From positions 3,534,001 to 3,598,000 of the forward strand of contig JAQFVV010000005.1 in NCBI GenBank assembly GCA_028023455.1: a DNA stretch of 64,000 nt, given 5' to 3'. Below are positions 13,150-27,906 of this stretch, piece after piece (the stretch's first letter is position 1; each line of letters begins with the position of its first letter). The notes below the pieces were generated by a model. That model had not been told where the DNA came from, made no database searches, and saw only the letters and a list, made by a program, of their open reading frames with translations. The position numbers and the translations under genes are program-made. This DNA comes from Epiperipatus broadwayi (Eukaryota > Animalia > Onychophora).

Positions 13150-13650
13150 ATAATTCTCTTGTGATGGTGCTTTTTTCGTTCTATCAGCTTTGGCTTACAA
13201 GTCTGATACATTAGAATTGACAATCTCATTAGCAGTTGCCAATAATAGTTCTAAGAAGTTTTTAGAATCTTCAAGCTTATGTAATAAAAACTAGATACTT
13301 AACTTGAATTTGTAGGGTTTTGTTTTTCAATACTTCCTCTCCACATTTTTTTTCTAGCAGTATCCAATCATACTTTTTTAAATTTGAGTAGACAAATATT
13401 GGTTAAAAAGAGCACTTTTATTTTGTTTCAATCGGGAATAATTTTGGTATCCATATCCTTGAGGATGAAATCTTTGTCTATTGTTATTATGAGTTTATTA
13501 ATCCTATCATAGGAAGAGAGGTTTTATGACATCCTATTAATATTTTATTTTAAGATATCCAATAACATCCATTTGTTAATCAATATTTAATGATGGGCTG
13601 GGTTATTGGGTTGTCTATCTTATAATTAAATCGTAAGCCTATTTAGAATC
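13150..13650 (-). pseudogene. Possible CR1-like AP-endonuclease remnant
   Basis: IITIDKDFILKDMDT resembles the I..GDFNL.DIDW motif. Heavily decayed. Confidence 0.3.
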
Positions 13651-14988
13651 TGAAATAATTTCTAATTTTGATATATTCAACAAGTGTCTAAACTGAAAAA
13701 GGATAAAGAATATGATTACTTAAGCACAAGATAGAGAAGATAAATAATGGGGAAAAGATGAAAAGGGAAGAACATTAGATTTTGAGCTGAACTCAGTAGT
13801 ATATAATAAGATAACGAATATTTTTTGTTCTTTGAAATTTACAATGGTTTTATTCTTAACATTATAATTAAAAATTACAACATAAGTATTGCACATATAA
13901 ATATTGATAAGAATGAATTTTAAACAGAATATCTTGTAATATCATTCTTTAAAAATAAAATAAGAAAGAAATGCAAAAAGTGAAAATAAAGGAAAATGAA
14001 ACACAAAATATCAATTAGGAAGAGAAATAAAAGATGCAAAAAAATCGTATAAAAGATTAACAAGTAAAAACAGCAAAGATTTAAAAATATAAATAAATAA
14101 TGAAGAGTGATAAATCAAAAAAAAATAAAAGTTAGGAAAGTGAGAACAAAAATAATAATAATAATAAAAGGGGGAAAGAGAAAGAGTAAAAAAGCAATGG
14201 AAAATATTTAAGACTTTTTCTTAATCCAATTTATTAGAAAATAAAATTTTCCAGTTGTAAATCTATAGAGAAAACATAATTGAATCCATAATAAATTAAA
14301 AAAAAATTTTTTTTGAAAATGAGGAGAAAAAAAAGCTTTTATTTGTATTGAAATTTAATTCCATTATTTATCACTGCAGAAATGCAATCAACTTTTATTT
14401 ATTTATTTATTTTATTTATTTATTTATTTTAATTTTAATAACTTTTTTTTTCCAATTCTTATATCGAAGATATTTTTATACGCAATATTTTATCATATAG
14501 CAAGTTCATTTATTCAGTCATCTATAAATCTACTTTATCATTTCAAATTTTACTAGTTCTTTGTAATAATGGACTGAAGAATAACTTATAACCATATCAA
14601 AATATATGCCATTCATTTGAATATATATAAATTTTATGCCTAGCTTATGTCTAGATTATAAAATAATAATGTTGGCATGCGTAATGTTTTTATCTTATCC
14701 TGATTAAATTTTTGTTTCTAAAAAGATTTATATAAATAACACAGCTAATATATGTTCACTTAAAATGATTCTAAATTGTAGTTTTATAAAGTATAACCTG
14801 TACCAAATTGCAATTAAAGATGGAAACTAATATTGTTCTTATGGGGGGGTGGGGGGTGGCATCAATTAGGGCTTTGAGCGTTCCATCATCAGATTTTCAA
14901 TAAAATGAACGGCTGAAGAAATGTGGGGTGGAGTGGATTGAAGCCTGTCCATAAAGTAGGAAGATTTCCTATCTTAATATAGGCTGAG

Positions 14989-15208
14989 CATTGATTATAT
15001 ATATGTGAAATGATAATCTAGACCAACTGACAAGTGCTGGTTTAGCATAAAATACGTATATTGGTGATTGTTTATCTTTTTAACATGTGTGTGATCAAGT
15101 GTGTCAGCAGGATGAGATAGCATGGATAGTTGAGGGTTGTGTAAAAGTCTGACTTCAAAACCCCTATATATTACATATTGGAGTGCAGGTATGAAAAAGC
15201 CTGTACTG
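14989..15208 (+). mobile_element. Family Y HHR repeat monomer (HHR at 15022-15065)
   Basis: accaa CTGACAA gtgct ggttt agcat AAAA tacgtata ttggt, followed by the shared Y module and the 3' tgcaggt...aagcctgtac end also seen at 43290. Confidence 0.75.
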
Positions 15209-15697
15209 TAGAAAAAATTTATATATTAAAATTCTATTAACAATTTTGCATATTTTTACTACATAAAATATTATGAAACAAAAACTTTGAATCAGAATTG
15301 TCACCTTAATGAATTGAGAGTACTTTCTTGTACAAAAGATAAAGATAAAATATAGGAATTTATATCAAAAATATTTTTTATAATAGTCCTGTTTTTTTCA
15401 ATCAGTGCATTTATGTTCATGTGACATCTTGAGTAACTGTATTTTTTTGGACATCTGTTTTAAAGAACCCTGAGTCTACTTTTGAAATTCTCAGTTACTT
15501 GAAAACATTTTAAAACTTTATTCTGTATTTGAATCGCAAGTGAGAATAAAAAGCTAGTATAAACTTAAATTTAAAAATCCTAAATGTATTTTTTTTTTTA
15601 AATTAAATCCTGTTTTTTATAAATAGACCTAGTATTTCTTGCTTCACTTTTTTCTTTTAAATCTTGTTTTAATTTTGGTGAATTAATATATATATAT

Positions 15698-17835
15698 TAT
15701 AACGATCCGAAGAAAGAGAGCTTAACGTGATCTGCGCTACAGGGCGCCATCTAGGCATTTGAACCTAGAAAAATTTATAAAGTAGCAGATACGTAAGTCA
15801 AAAAAAAAATTTTTTTTTTTTTTTTTTAAATTTTGATTCCGTCGTTAGCCCAAGTCACTAGCTTATTGGAATAGCAGAGATTTATATTTATAATAAATTC
15901 TTATCTAAGAATAATTTAAAAAAAGAATAAAATAAGCCACTGCCAGTAATTAACATACAAACATTTATTTACGCACATATATATAAAATTTAACATTATT
16001 TTAGAATAACTTTTACTTTGGGTTTTAACTTGATTTTAGAATTTAAATTTACATTTTTAATTTTTATGCTATTATAAGTTCACACAGAGGGATTTATAAA
16101 AGTTGTTTATAAATGTTGAGTATAGATCGGTTACATAGATTACACGGCTAAAACATTTCACAATAAACATAAACGATCAAAATACAAAATCATTGATATC
16201 GTCAATTGCATAGGAAATACAAGAAACCCCCTGGTATTCATCGTAAGATACTGCAGTGGCACCAATAACTTAAAAGACATCCGAATAAATACATTTTAGA
16301 TACTCACCATAAGGTATCAGTATTTACCGAATATCTATATATATTTTGATCGAATATGAAAAACAAAAACATAATTAGCCAGTAACGAATCCATGCAAGT
16401 GTCTATAAACAACTTAAATTTAATGCATTTTTATTTAGTGTCGAGTATGAATAGACTACATAGATTTGCATTTGAAGATAAAACATTCTATCCCCATTTA
16501 ACCTTAGGCTAAAAGTTCACAGTCAACCTGGCATCAATCCATCTGATATATCGATGTATTCAATGTAATACGAATATGGCAACACAAAATAGGTTAAGAT
16601 AAGACATTGACTCTCATCAGATAGGAATATTACATTTATCTAACGAGAAGAACAATAAAAAAAAACTCCATAGAAACGGACTGCGGTCATTTTGCCGACT
16701 TATGATCGCATTCCCTAGGCAAGAGGAAGTGTGCGGCATATACAAGCAATTCTGCCCGTAGTGAATCTTGCATTACATCTACTAACTACATCAATATATC
16801 CAATCCATTGACCCAATTCAACAATGACACAAATAACCTAAGATTACCCTCCCCTAATATAACTTTACAAATCTATACAGCCATTCACGCCTGACTTAAG
16901 TTTATCATTGATATATTTTAATTTATCGGAAAACAGAAATCATAATAAAACTTAAAGAACAAAAAAATATATAAATGGAAATGATTTTACAAAAGAAATA
17001 CATCAAATAACATTTTAACTACTTTAGTCAGATAGGAAATTCTTATATTTATAAATATTGAAAAGTTTAGTATTTAGAGTTCTTTTGTTTAGAAATGTTC
17101 ATAAATTATTTATATTTAAAGCTGAGAGTTCAAAAAGTTCTTACAATTTCAAAACGTTCCTTTTATCTGTTGCTTGCCATTTGGAATCCACATTAAATGC
17201 CCCAATGATCCTGTTGTCCTCAGTATAAAAAAGGCGATGTTTCATTTTTTTTTTTTTTAACAACTGAAGGGATTGAAGAGTGCGTCTTTTCAATCCCTTC
17301 TCCTTCAACTCTGCACTATCACATATAGTCAACTCCTCCTTCTAATTAATTAAACCAAATCACTTTTTATTTCCAATTTTTTTCTTTTATACATAACTTT
17401 AGGATCCAATGGACGTTACGTCATCGTTGATGATGATCCTTTCGTTGAGGTCCAATTTTTCTGATGGATTTTTCATTGGCCATTCTGTTCCTATTGTTTT
17501 CCTATCTGATTATTGCTTATACATTTTAGATGCCCAAGGCTAGTTTACTAATTAAAATAATCATTTCCATTTTACAAAAGATTAATTAATCTGTTTTCAA
17601 ACTTAAACATATATTTTTATCTCTAAATCTTTTCTGAAAATTTAGTTTTAAAATACTTTTTCTTTAATAAAGTTTTATTTTAATAGTTATTTATCTGTGC
17701 GATTTTATATATATGCGAGTTTAAGATGATTTTTTTATTTTTAATTTTTAAGAAGTTTTTATTGGCGAACTTTTATTTTTTTTTCATGTTTACTAATAAA
17801 AAAAAAACAATGTAACGACGTCTGTGCCTGTTACA
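15698..17835. mobile_element. Solo-LTR-like element, copy A
   Basis: Termini TATAAC...GTTACA with ATAT on both sides (15694-15697, 17836-17839). It shares blocks with 39110-40697 (gaacctagaaaa, agcccaagtcactagct, aaatgttgagtata, gccgacttatg). No ORF; CpG-rich relative to the flanks. Confidence 0.55.
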
Positions 17836-19079
17836 ATATATATATTATTTTTTCCTACTTTATATCATTTCTTATAGGTATTGTCAAGATATGAACTAAT
17901 AAAATATCACATAACTCTTGCTTACATATTTCCAAAAGGAGATTACATTAGATCCTAAAGGTTCAGATCCACTGTTTCAAATTCTGAAGCTTTTCTATTG
18001 ATAAAAGCCATAATATTAAAACTAATATGAGTATATTAATAGAACAGCATAGAATAGGTATTTATTAAGCATTATCATCTGATATATATATATACACTTA
18101 CCTAAAGCTTATAGTAAATGACATATAAGTAATAAAAGAAAAATGTATGCAGCATTGACAAGGTAAATTATGTTATTTTTGATGTCTAAACATTGGGAAA
18201 ATAATGGTATCTTGATCATAACTATATGAAAATTATCTACAGTAATAAAAGAAAAATACATTAAAGTGTATTAATTTAGTAAAATTCGTTTAAAAACAAG
18301 ATTGGAATAAGAAAGGCTATTACTATAACCAATAACCCAAAGGCTTTATGTTTCTAATAATAACAATTTCTAATTTTGTTATTACATAAAATACTGCATA
18401 TGTTTTGTAATGGTAGAGTCTAAGACTGTAACTCAGGATCTACAGACTATGGCCTATCTATCTTCCCTTCCTACCCCCACTCTTGGTGTTTCTTTATAGT
18501 TACTTTTATTAAATTTTATAAAAGACTTGAAAGTTTTGCCTACTCATTTCGACATTGTTGATTTTATGCTTTGAAAAATACTTCACCAAATTTTAATTGA
18601 TAAAATACATTGTTGGAATTAGCAAATATGTATAGAATTATATATAAACATCACCCACTACTTTTAAAAGAATGCTAACAATGCAAAGTATTTAAAAGGA
18701 TTTCCCAAACTTGAAAATATAGGGGTTAGTAATTGTATGTTTTAAAATTTAATGCTTTGCTATTCTGATTTATTGTCCCGGTGCAAATTTTTTCACAATT
18801 AATTTCCATAGACATTATAAGAATTTATTAATGTAGATTTAAAATCTATTTTAAGATATAATGGCCCACTATTAGAGAAACATTCAAATGTAAAGCCTGC
18901 CAAACACAAATATTAATAAGTCGATCTATATGGGACACTCTTACAAAAATTCTATTAACTACTAAAAAATAACGTGAAAGGCTGAAACCTTTGACTAAAA
19001 TAACTCACGAAATTATAAAAACAACCTTATAATACTTATAATATTAATTTTAAATAGTATTTAATTATTTATATATAAC

Positions 19080-19436
19080 CACTCAAAGAAGTAGGGAGAG
19101 ATGCATGTTGGGAGTAACAAGAAGAGATCGAAAACGCAATGTATGGGTAAGAGAACAAACAGGTGTTACTGATCTCCTTGAAAAAATTAAAAGACTGAAG
19201 TGGAGTTGGGCTGGACATATTTCTAGAAAAGATGATAATAGATGGCTAGTTGAAATTTTAAACTGGATTCCAAGAGATTGTAAAAGACCCAGAAAGAGAC
19301 CACATATGAGATGGATGGATGAAATAAGAAAGTGTGCAGGGGTGACGTGGAGAAGAGAAACTAAAGATCGGAAACTTGGAGAGACCTTCATCCTGCAATG
19401 GATTGATAATGGTTGATGATGATGATGATGATGATG
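19080..19436 (+). mobile_element. 5'-truncated RTE copy, same family as 33753-37044
   Basis: Near-identical to the 3' end of the full element, with a (GAT)n tail and a probable TSD ATATAAC (19073-19079, 19437-19443). It carries a small deletion near the 3' end. Confidence 0.9.
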
Positions 19437-19821
19437 ATATAACAAACAAAGTAAAGCAAATATTAACATCAATTATTTGCATGTTTATGAAAGAATAAAA
19501 GCAAAAAAGAAAAATACAGTATTTCAGTATTTATAAATATACTTGAAACATGTTACATTCTATTAAAAGTAATGATTTTAAATTTTCAAACATTAAACCT
19601 TTGAATTCAAAGCAAATATCTTGTGTAATAATACGAGTATATATATATATCTTTGGTACCAGTTCTGTAACTGCTGACTGAAGTTATTTTTTATTTTTGT
19701 GAAGAGATCTTATATACTCAATAAAAGTATTACGACATTTTGCAGCACAATAATTTTTTAAAAGTATTTGTGTTTGAAAAGGAGTGCATTCCTTAAATGT
19801 TTAAATCTATCCAGCTCATAT

Positions 19822-21240
19822 ATAGCGGAGTGATCAAAAATTACTATTACAAATTAAAATCATAGCGCTATATAAATAAATAACTCATTATAAATGTTTA
19901 AAGTAATTTAATAAAATATCAGAAAAAAAAAATTAAAACATTTTAAAATTTATATTACGTAATTTCAATGCTATCATAAAATCTGAAATTCAACTAAATC
20001 ATTATTATTATGATTATTATTATTATTATGTTTCAAAACAGAATGTTATTGATGACCAAAGGGTTGCATTTGCAGATACATATGTATACATTACAATTGC
20101 GATCTTTACTTCCTGTATTTAAGTTCTCGAAAACAATCTTGTGTTATCATTGTTCCATTGCAAACATCAACATTATATTTGTTGTAATACTGAGTCTTAA
20201 TTTTTTTGTTACAGTCAAAGATTACATTCTCTCTATTTTTTGTTGACGTATGTCACATCTTTGAATTTCATTGAATACATCTCCTTTAGCAAACTCCAGA
20301 AAAAGAAGTCAAGGGGGCTAAGGTCATGTGAATGAGAAGACCACTTCACATGACCATGTCTTATAATCTAGTAAGGGAAATTGTCATTCACCCAATCTCT
20401 TACCACTGTGGTGAAAGGGTTAGGGGCACCATCCTATTGGAACTATTCAGGAAGTCTTTCACCTAAACTTTCAAGTTGGGGGCATTAACTGATCTTTCAA
20501 CATGGCAAATATGTCTCATCAATTACATTTTCATTGAAGAAGAATGGTCCCATCACATGAACCTTCCACAAATCACACCATAATTTTTTGCACTCCTTGC
20601 TGTTTTGCAAAATATCAATTGCTTTGTGACCAGTATCAAACATTCTGTCTGTTAATCTCATCATTCACATAAAACAAAGCTTCATCACTGAACAGCAGAG
20701 AGTCTTGCAATGAAACTAATGTTTTCATTTAATTTATTGGAAAACCATTAACAATTACAAGTCATTTATCAGGGTCATCCTGTGTTAAGTGATGCAAGAT
20801 TTGTAATTTGTATGGTTGAAATTTTTGCTCTTTTAAAATATGACTGATAGTTGTTTTGGGAATACCCAGCTCCATGGATGTCCTATGAAGTGATTTTTTG
20901 GTGTTAATATAAATTTTAGGCATGACAAATTCTTTCATTTTGGCTGATATATTTGATTTTCCAGAATGGGGTTTGTTTCTTTCAACTTTTTAACCATCTT
21001 TGCCACCATGGAAAAGCTAAGTGGAATCCTCCTTGGATGATGTGCATTAAATTTATTTTCTATATTTCTACATGACCTTCCTTCATGTCCATTGAAAAAT
21101 ACCAGTTTAATTCTTTATCTTCTGAGAAAGCCATATTTGACAAAGCCATATTTAATCTGTGAATAAAAAAATATAGTTAATGAGATTTTCTATGTGTCCA
21201 GACTTTAGGAATTTCCTGTATTTTAATTCATTTCTTTTAT
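19822..21240 (-). mobile_element. Decayed Tc1/mariner transposon
   Basis: Minus-strand ELGIPKTTISHILK..FQPYKLQ, FSDEA, MGPFFF, Q*DGAP and DLSPLDFFFW. Terminal inverted repeats (TIRs) are not confidently matched. Confidence 0.85.
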
Positions 21241-22199
21241 TGTGGAATATTTAGGGAATATGTTAACTTCCTTTCAAGGTTTAAGCATAAATAGAAAGGG
21301 AATTTGTTTCAAGTAACAAGAGAATTTGCATGTAGTTTCATAATTCCCATTTAATTGTTGTATTATGAAGCAAAAAATAGAAAAATTATAATCATTTTGA
21401 AATGAATTGCATCATGATGTAATAGTTAATGACTGCAATTCACACCCTAAATTAAAAAATGAACATGATTAATATATTTCAGGTAACCATGGACTATTTT
21501 TATCAAACTTATAATTTTACACATAGCTGAATTAGCTGTCAAAGTAACTACCTAAACATTGTTTTGTGACTAGATATTTAATTATTATAAATTTATTTCA
21601 AAAATCAGGCAAACCTAAATACATTACTCTGATAATTTGCAAGCATGATCTTTAAAGAATAATTTTTGAATAAAGCTGTGAATAGTCTCTACATTTTGAT
21701 ATATTAATGCCTATCTATATTGCTGGATAAAATATGATTATTTTTATTTGAGTTTCAGTTTGTTATACAATAATATTTGCACATTTATTTTAAAATGTTT
21801 CTTTAAGGATTTGGCTCATAAATTACCTTAGCAAGAATTTGAAATTGTTTGTTTTGCAATACAAATTTATATTTTGAAAGTTTCATATTAGGTCAGCTCT
21901 AATTTTATTTATGTGCTCATTAAAATTATTAGCTATTATTATACATATCATAGAACTAAACCAATTTGAGTTGGCCAGAAGACTGTCACTGTAGTGACTA
22001 TAAAAATATTATTGTAAATTTATATTATAAATCTATGCACTTAGTGCTATCCCAAGAAAAGCTACTAATAAATGAATATTTACTGAAGCTTAATACCTTC
22101 AAATGCAATGTATGTCATAATATTTATAGCATTGTGACTTGAATTATTGGGTGCATATGTATAGGCTGTGATTTCATGTAAATATATGCAAATTATATT

Positions 22200-22690
22200 G
22201 CCCATTTCTTCAACAAAGAAAACAGAATTCTTCCCTATTTGTGGCATTAGAGTTGTTGGCTATATGTCATGTCTCTTAAATTATTCGCTTGGTGGCATTT
22301 CATTTGATACATGTGATATTAGCAGCTATGAACTCAAATATATGGCCCATTGTGTTTTGGTGATTGAGAAAGATAGACTTACATTCAGGATTATTTGTGG
22401 CTCTTTTGTAGAGGTAACTGTGTGTTGAGAGATCCTCATAGAGAAACATGCATGTGATTAACTATTAATGGTGTATCCTGCTTAGGACATGCAAATTTAT
22501 ATACAATGTGTGGTGTTGGATCATTCTGGACTCTATCTTCGGAATTATATATCAGTCAATTTATTGTGGGAGGAGTGTGATAGCTTATTCAATGGGTCTG
22601 AGAGCAAATTTTATTTAGAATTTTGGCTACATGTGGTATGTAAGTTGTACAACTTTGTTATAATTATGAATCTGAAAGCACTTAGTCCAT
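22200..22690 (+). pseudogene. Degraded LINE ORF2 C-terminus
   Basis: AHCVLVIEKDR (H.L.IE.GR motif), RTCKF (zinc knuckle) and LYLRNYI. Confidence 0.45.
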
Positions 22691-23585
22691 CATAATTTAA
22701 CTTACCTTTTCTATTTTTATCTAAATATTGTGCTATGATATCTATGTTTATATTTACTGAAGCAAATAATCAGAACTGAGAGAAAATAACTGCAACATAG
22801 ACAAGATAGAGATTCCATATTGTGGCTTATATAAAGCTGAAGATGATGGTAAATGAGAAAATCCCGTTTATGATACACTACCTTATTTAAAAAATATTTC
22901 TAGAACCCCCCCTCCCTTATTGAAAGCCAATATGAAAACTATCTTTTTTGAAGATTTTTTGTCTGATTGGCTATTGGAAATTCAAAATGGTGACAAAGAG
23001 ACAAAGTAACATTGTTTTATATTTCCTCACACTTTCATCTTCTAGGCATAAAGCTATTATTCTTATCTGGTCAATACATGTATTATTATATCTTTGGGAT
23101 ACTTAGAGTACAGCTTTAATTATTACATTAGAAATTGTTACAAATATCCATGTTTTATTAAGAAAACAGTCACTTTTATATTAATCTACGTGATTTAGTA
23201 TAGTAAAAAAATGGTATACTTGAAATGGAGATTCCAGAATTATTTCCACTGAAATAATGCTATTAAAAAACTTTTTTGTGTGTTGGCACAATGGATTTTT
23301 ATGTGCATAATTTTGTCCTTTGTGTTTTAGTGATTTGGTAGGGTAGCATGTTTTGGAGCTTAAAGACCTCAGATTACACTTAGATTTCTAATTTCAGGCA
23401 TTCAACTTTATGAATTTCTGTGCAATAAAGTCATTGTTATTATTATTAATGGTAATTATTATGCCATGGTGCTGAAACATTACATAACAATCTGAACTTT
23501 TTATCATGTAGTTAAATAGATTATGTTCCTAAATTCAGGTATTAATAATATTTTACCAATCAGTGATTACCAAATAATAATGCAA

Positions 23586-23660
23586 TTAAATCCTCATCCC
23601 AGACTAGTTTCTGGATATTGCCTTTATCAATGAGTTTATTATAATTCCAAGATTTAAATA
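23586..23660 (-). mobile_element. Truncated, decayed family X fragment (HHR at 23597-23634)
   Basis: Reverse complement: ctca TTGATAA aggcaatatcca GAAAC TA GTC tggga. Confidence 0.65.
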
Positions 23661-24899
23661 CTAAGTCCATTGACAAAAAGCAAAAGTTTGCAATTGATCT
23701 ATGGATTAGGCATTTAAATACATTCCATCTGGTAATCACTAATTATTCAAGCTTACTATAGATGGCACTAGAGTAGAGAGTTGTTCTGGTTTTATTAATT
23801 TTTAAAAAAAATATGATTTTTTTTTTCATTTTGTATTTATGATCATAATATTTCACATAGATTTTCCTGTTACAGCTTTATAAAAAATACTGAAAAAGTT
23901 TTATTTAAATCTTGATTTGTGTATTATCATTTTTATTGATATTTGACATTTTAATAGAATATTAATTTTTCTATAGATTTAAGAATTTTGTGAATGTTGA
24001 TTCGAACTTTAACTAATTTCTTATATTAAATTATTTTGTCATAAGATTGGATAAAATATTTAGTGAATTTACTAATTCATAATATGTGAATTTTGCCATA
24101 ATGAATTTTTATATTCAACTTTCAATTAGTATTGGTTTAATATTAATTATTATAAATTGTAATAGATCAAATATTGATGTACAGTGTACTAAACTCTGTA
24201 CATTTTTGTTTATTGACATAGTTTTAATAATTTATAAATAGTTCATTGGAGGTTTTCAGTAGCATCTGCATGAATAGTAATTATTGTATATCAAATGTAC
24301 TGGGTCTTTTGAAAGACCATCAATTTGATATGTTTAATTTGACATCATTATTTCCTTAGCTTGTAATTATTTTTTAAAATGAAGTATTATTAAGTCTAAT
24401 ATTTGTAATATTTTTTTAATTAGTTGCTTTAATAATTTTTTTTAGATTTAATATAAATGTATGTTTTTACTAAACTATACTGAATATGTTGTTTATCTGA
24501 ATCATATTAAAGTATTGACAAACCATGAAAGCATTTTAATAAAGCTACATTTAAATTTGACAGCATAACAGTGCAATTATATATTTACTGGAGTATCCTC
24601 TGAATAAAAAAGTGGTTTTTTTTTTTCAATTTTTCAACACCATCATGAACGTATGCAATAGTTTATTTTAGCTTTATTAATAGTTATTGTTTATTAATAC
24701 AAGAATGCTGTTTTATAATATTTTTTATTAAATATGTTTGTAATATTTTTTTAATTGTTTGCTTTAACATTTTTTTTTAAGATTTAATGTAAATATATGT
24801 TGTTTTTTTAAAGTAAAAATTGTTGAGTATGTCATTCATCTGAATAATATTAGGGAATTAATAAACTATGAAAGCGCAAATCATCTTAATGCTGAATTA

Positions 24900-27250
24900 C
24901 AAATAGGCATTTGTGACTGTTTCCACACAAAATTTTCCTTTCTAAAATATTTCAAAACAATTTCTAATTGCAGATTTTCCATATATTCTATTCTCTGCCA
25001 TATCCTTCTACTGTCTCAGATAATATTTATATCATAAATGGTGTCTATCTCTATCATAAAATCACCTTCAAGTTCATCATAAACATCTTTGTAGGAAGTA
25101 TTCCATTGTTCATTTGTTTATCTTCTCCAATACAATGAAGATGTGATTGGTTATATGATTTTATCATTGTATTGTGAAACATCTTTAAATGAAACTTTTT
25201 TACAACATTTATATTGTACTGAAAGAGTGTTCAAGTTTCACTTCCATACAATAAATTAGTTAAAATAATATTTTTGTATAGTTTTTTTTTTCTTGATGAA
25301 ATACTTTAACTTTTAACTAATAAAAAGCAGTGACAGCAGATTGAAGTCTGTGTTATACCTCAACATCTAAATTGACTTTTCTATCTATAAAACTTTCAAA
25401 ATGTTTAACGTTGTTTACATTCTCAAGTTGATAATAAGTCAGGCTAAAAGTTGCTAAGGATTTTTTTTCCAGTCTCTGGTTTAAAAAATAACTTAAGTCT
25501 TGGAACATTAATTTATAAATCAAAACCTGTACCTATTGGATTCAAAACATTAATAATATTCTGTAAATCATTTTTTGAACTTGCAAAAACCACACAATCA
25601 TTAACATACTGTAGATTAAGAATCCTACAAGTTCTTGTCTTTACATTTAATCAATTCAATTTAAATATTTTGTCATCAAATGCATATCTTGATCCAAGTC
25701 CAAAAACTAAAATTGAAAACAACATTAGTGCAAGAACACGTCCCTGTTTAACATGAGTTTTATTTCAAACGTCTTAGATTTTCCACATGTAGTAATTACA
25801 CTTTCTTTCATTTTACCATGTAGAAGATATATAATATTAATATTTTGTTGGACAACCAACTAATTTCAAATAATGTCATTCACCTTTTCCAGTAAATAAA
25901 TCAAATACTTTGACTAAATCAAAAAAATGCAATATATAAATCACTTTTTGTATCCCAACATTTTTCTCCCATTAGCTTAAACAAAAAACTATATCTATAG
26001 TAATTCTTGATCCTCTAAAACCACATTGAGGCTCTGGTTATCATTAATCTATAACTGGAAGCACTCTATTTAACAATATTCTTGAAAGTACCTTATTTAT
26101 AGTGGATAATAGTCATATTCTCATATTCCTGTAATAGTTATTGCAATCTTCTTTATTCTACTTGGTTTTAAAAATTGGAGCAATAAAAGCATCCTTAAAA
26201 TTGTGTGGTACAACTACTTGGGCACATATATTTCTAAAAAAATTTCTAATAATTTTGATACAAACATCTTATGATTCTATTTTAAAACGGACGTTTGGAA
26301 TTATATCAGGACTTGCAGACATTCTATTTTTAAGATTACAAAAACCTGGATATTTTTATCCAGTTCTGAATTAAATATAGTGGATATTTTGTTAAAAATT
26401 ATTATTTCAATTCTTATATCCTTGTATAAAAGGGAATCAAAATATTCTTTCCATCTGTTTAAAATATCATCGTCTTCATAATATAGAGTGCCATTGATTA
26501 ATTGAATAGAATTGTGATACTGTTTCTCGGGTCCATATGTTGTTTCAAGGCATTAAAAAAGATCTAGAATGATCACAATTAATGAATGTTTATTTTCTTT
26601 GTAGTTTTAATCCAACAATCATTTTTTAGTCTTCTTATCAGACTTTGAACTTCTCTTACAGATTTGTCATGAAGTCCCACATTTAATATATTATTCTACC
26701 AAGACAAAGTGTCACTTTTTTAAAAAAAATAAATCAGTAATAATAACGTCATTGTCAGATAACCAATCATGATTCTTCTTTTTATTGAATCCGAATAATA
26801 GATTTTATTGTATCATAAAACGTTCCTTAAAAAAATTCTATGCTTCAGTAATATGACAGTTCTAAATATCCAAAACTGCAATTTTAGTATTTAATAGTTT
26901 TTGAAAATTAGTTTTTATAGCAGATTCTTTTAAAAAATAAACGTTAATTTGAATAAATATATCGGGTCTCTAATACATATTCATGGCACATCTACGGATT
27001 TATGTATTACATATTATACTTTTTTTCAGTTTTTAAATTGATTGACTACTGTGCCCCTAATAAAATTGTTCTGTCAAAATCCTCATATCATAATCATCAT
27101 CTGTATTTTTAACTATTATTCATTCTTCCTGCGGTGCGATGGCAAAGCATTAGACTCTGAAACTTACTTCTGTCACAAACTTTTTATACTCTTCAGCAAA
27201 AAGACTATTCAATTATATGCTATTATTTATTACTTCACCAGTATATGTGT
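24900..27250 (-). pseudogene. Degraded RTE-clade (BovB-like) LINE
   Basis: VPHNFKDAFI, EPQCGFRGSR, YIAFFDL, HVKQGRVLALMLFSI, LQYVNDCVVF and a decayed C-terminal RTE motif, in the correct order with frameshifts. Confidence 0.85.
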
Positions 27251-27299
27251 TGTTTTTATATGTAATAATTAAAATATATGACAATAAATTATATCACCA

Positions 27300-27620
27300 G
27301 AAAAGGTATTGATGCCACCTACATTTTGGTTTATAGGATATAACTTCTGGGAAATGATTGTAATAAATAATTACTGCATAATTTGCTTCAGGATTCATGA
27401 GAACACATGAGATGACAAAGCTGGTTAGCATTTCATGGATCTTGCATTAAAATATACAAAGCTAATAAAATCATTTGTCACATTGCTTTATAATTCAAAT
27501 TTGAGTACTGAAAGTGATAGAGCTTGAGCCATAATTCATGGACTTTCATTCCAAAGTATAGCATTCTATCACTGCAGGAGCTTTGTCATCAAAAAATAGA
27601 ACTGTACTATGCTTTTGTTT
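27300..27620 (+). pseudogene. Possible Mutator (MULE) transposase remnant
   Basis: DATY...SDRA*AI spacing resembles the first two MULE catalytic blocks. Confidence 0.4.
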
Positions 27621-27825
27621 TTTTTTTATTGACTTTGGATTTATTGGAAGAATCAATTAGAAATATAAATATATGAAATGTGTGAATTAAAGATTCTGTG
27701 AGAAAATATGTATATTCATAGAATCTAAAAAAATTATTGATCACGTTTTTGAAAAGTGAAAAACTTCATAGTAGGTGATCTCAATTATTAGATTGTTTAT
27801 AATATGCAGATAAGTTTTTTTTCTC

Positions 27826-27906
27826 AAGTGTCGTAGCATCAGCCGGGAAGCGAACCCGCTAACCCGGGACAACTGCTTGTAAAGCAGCCGTCTCTAACCT
27901 CTCGAC
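27826..27906 (-). mobile_element. tRNA-derived SINE, diverged and 5'-truncated
   Basis: Reverse complement: gtcgagaggttagagacggctgctttacaagcagttgtcccgggttagcgggttcgcttcccggctgatgctacgacactt, homologous to 31494 and 44440. Confidence 0.85.

Noticed and set aside
15744-15757. CTCF-like GGCGCCATCTAGG in LTR-like copy A
   Set aside because: It is a single short motif that is not preserved in copy B.
22168-22695. Two plus-strand ORFs with a donor-like site
   Set aside because: They are better explained as a decayed LINE C-terminus.
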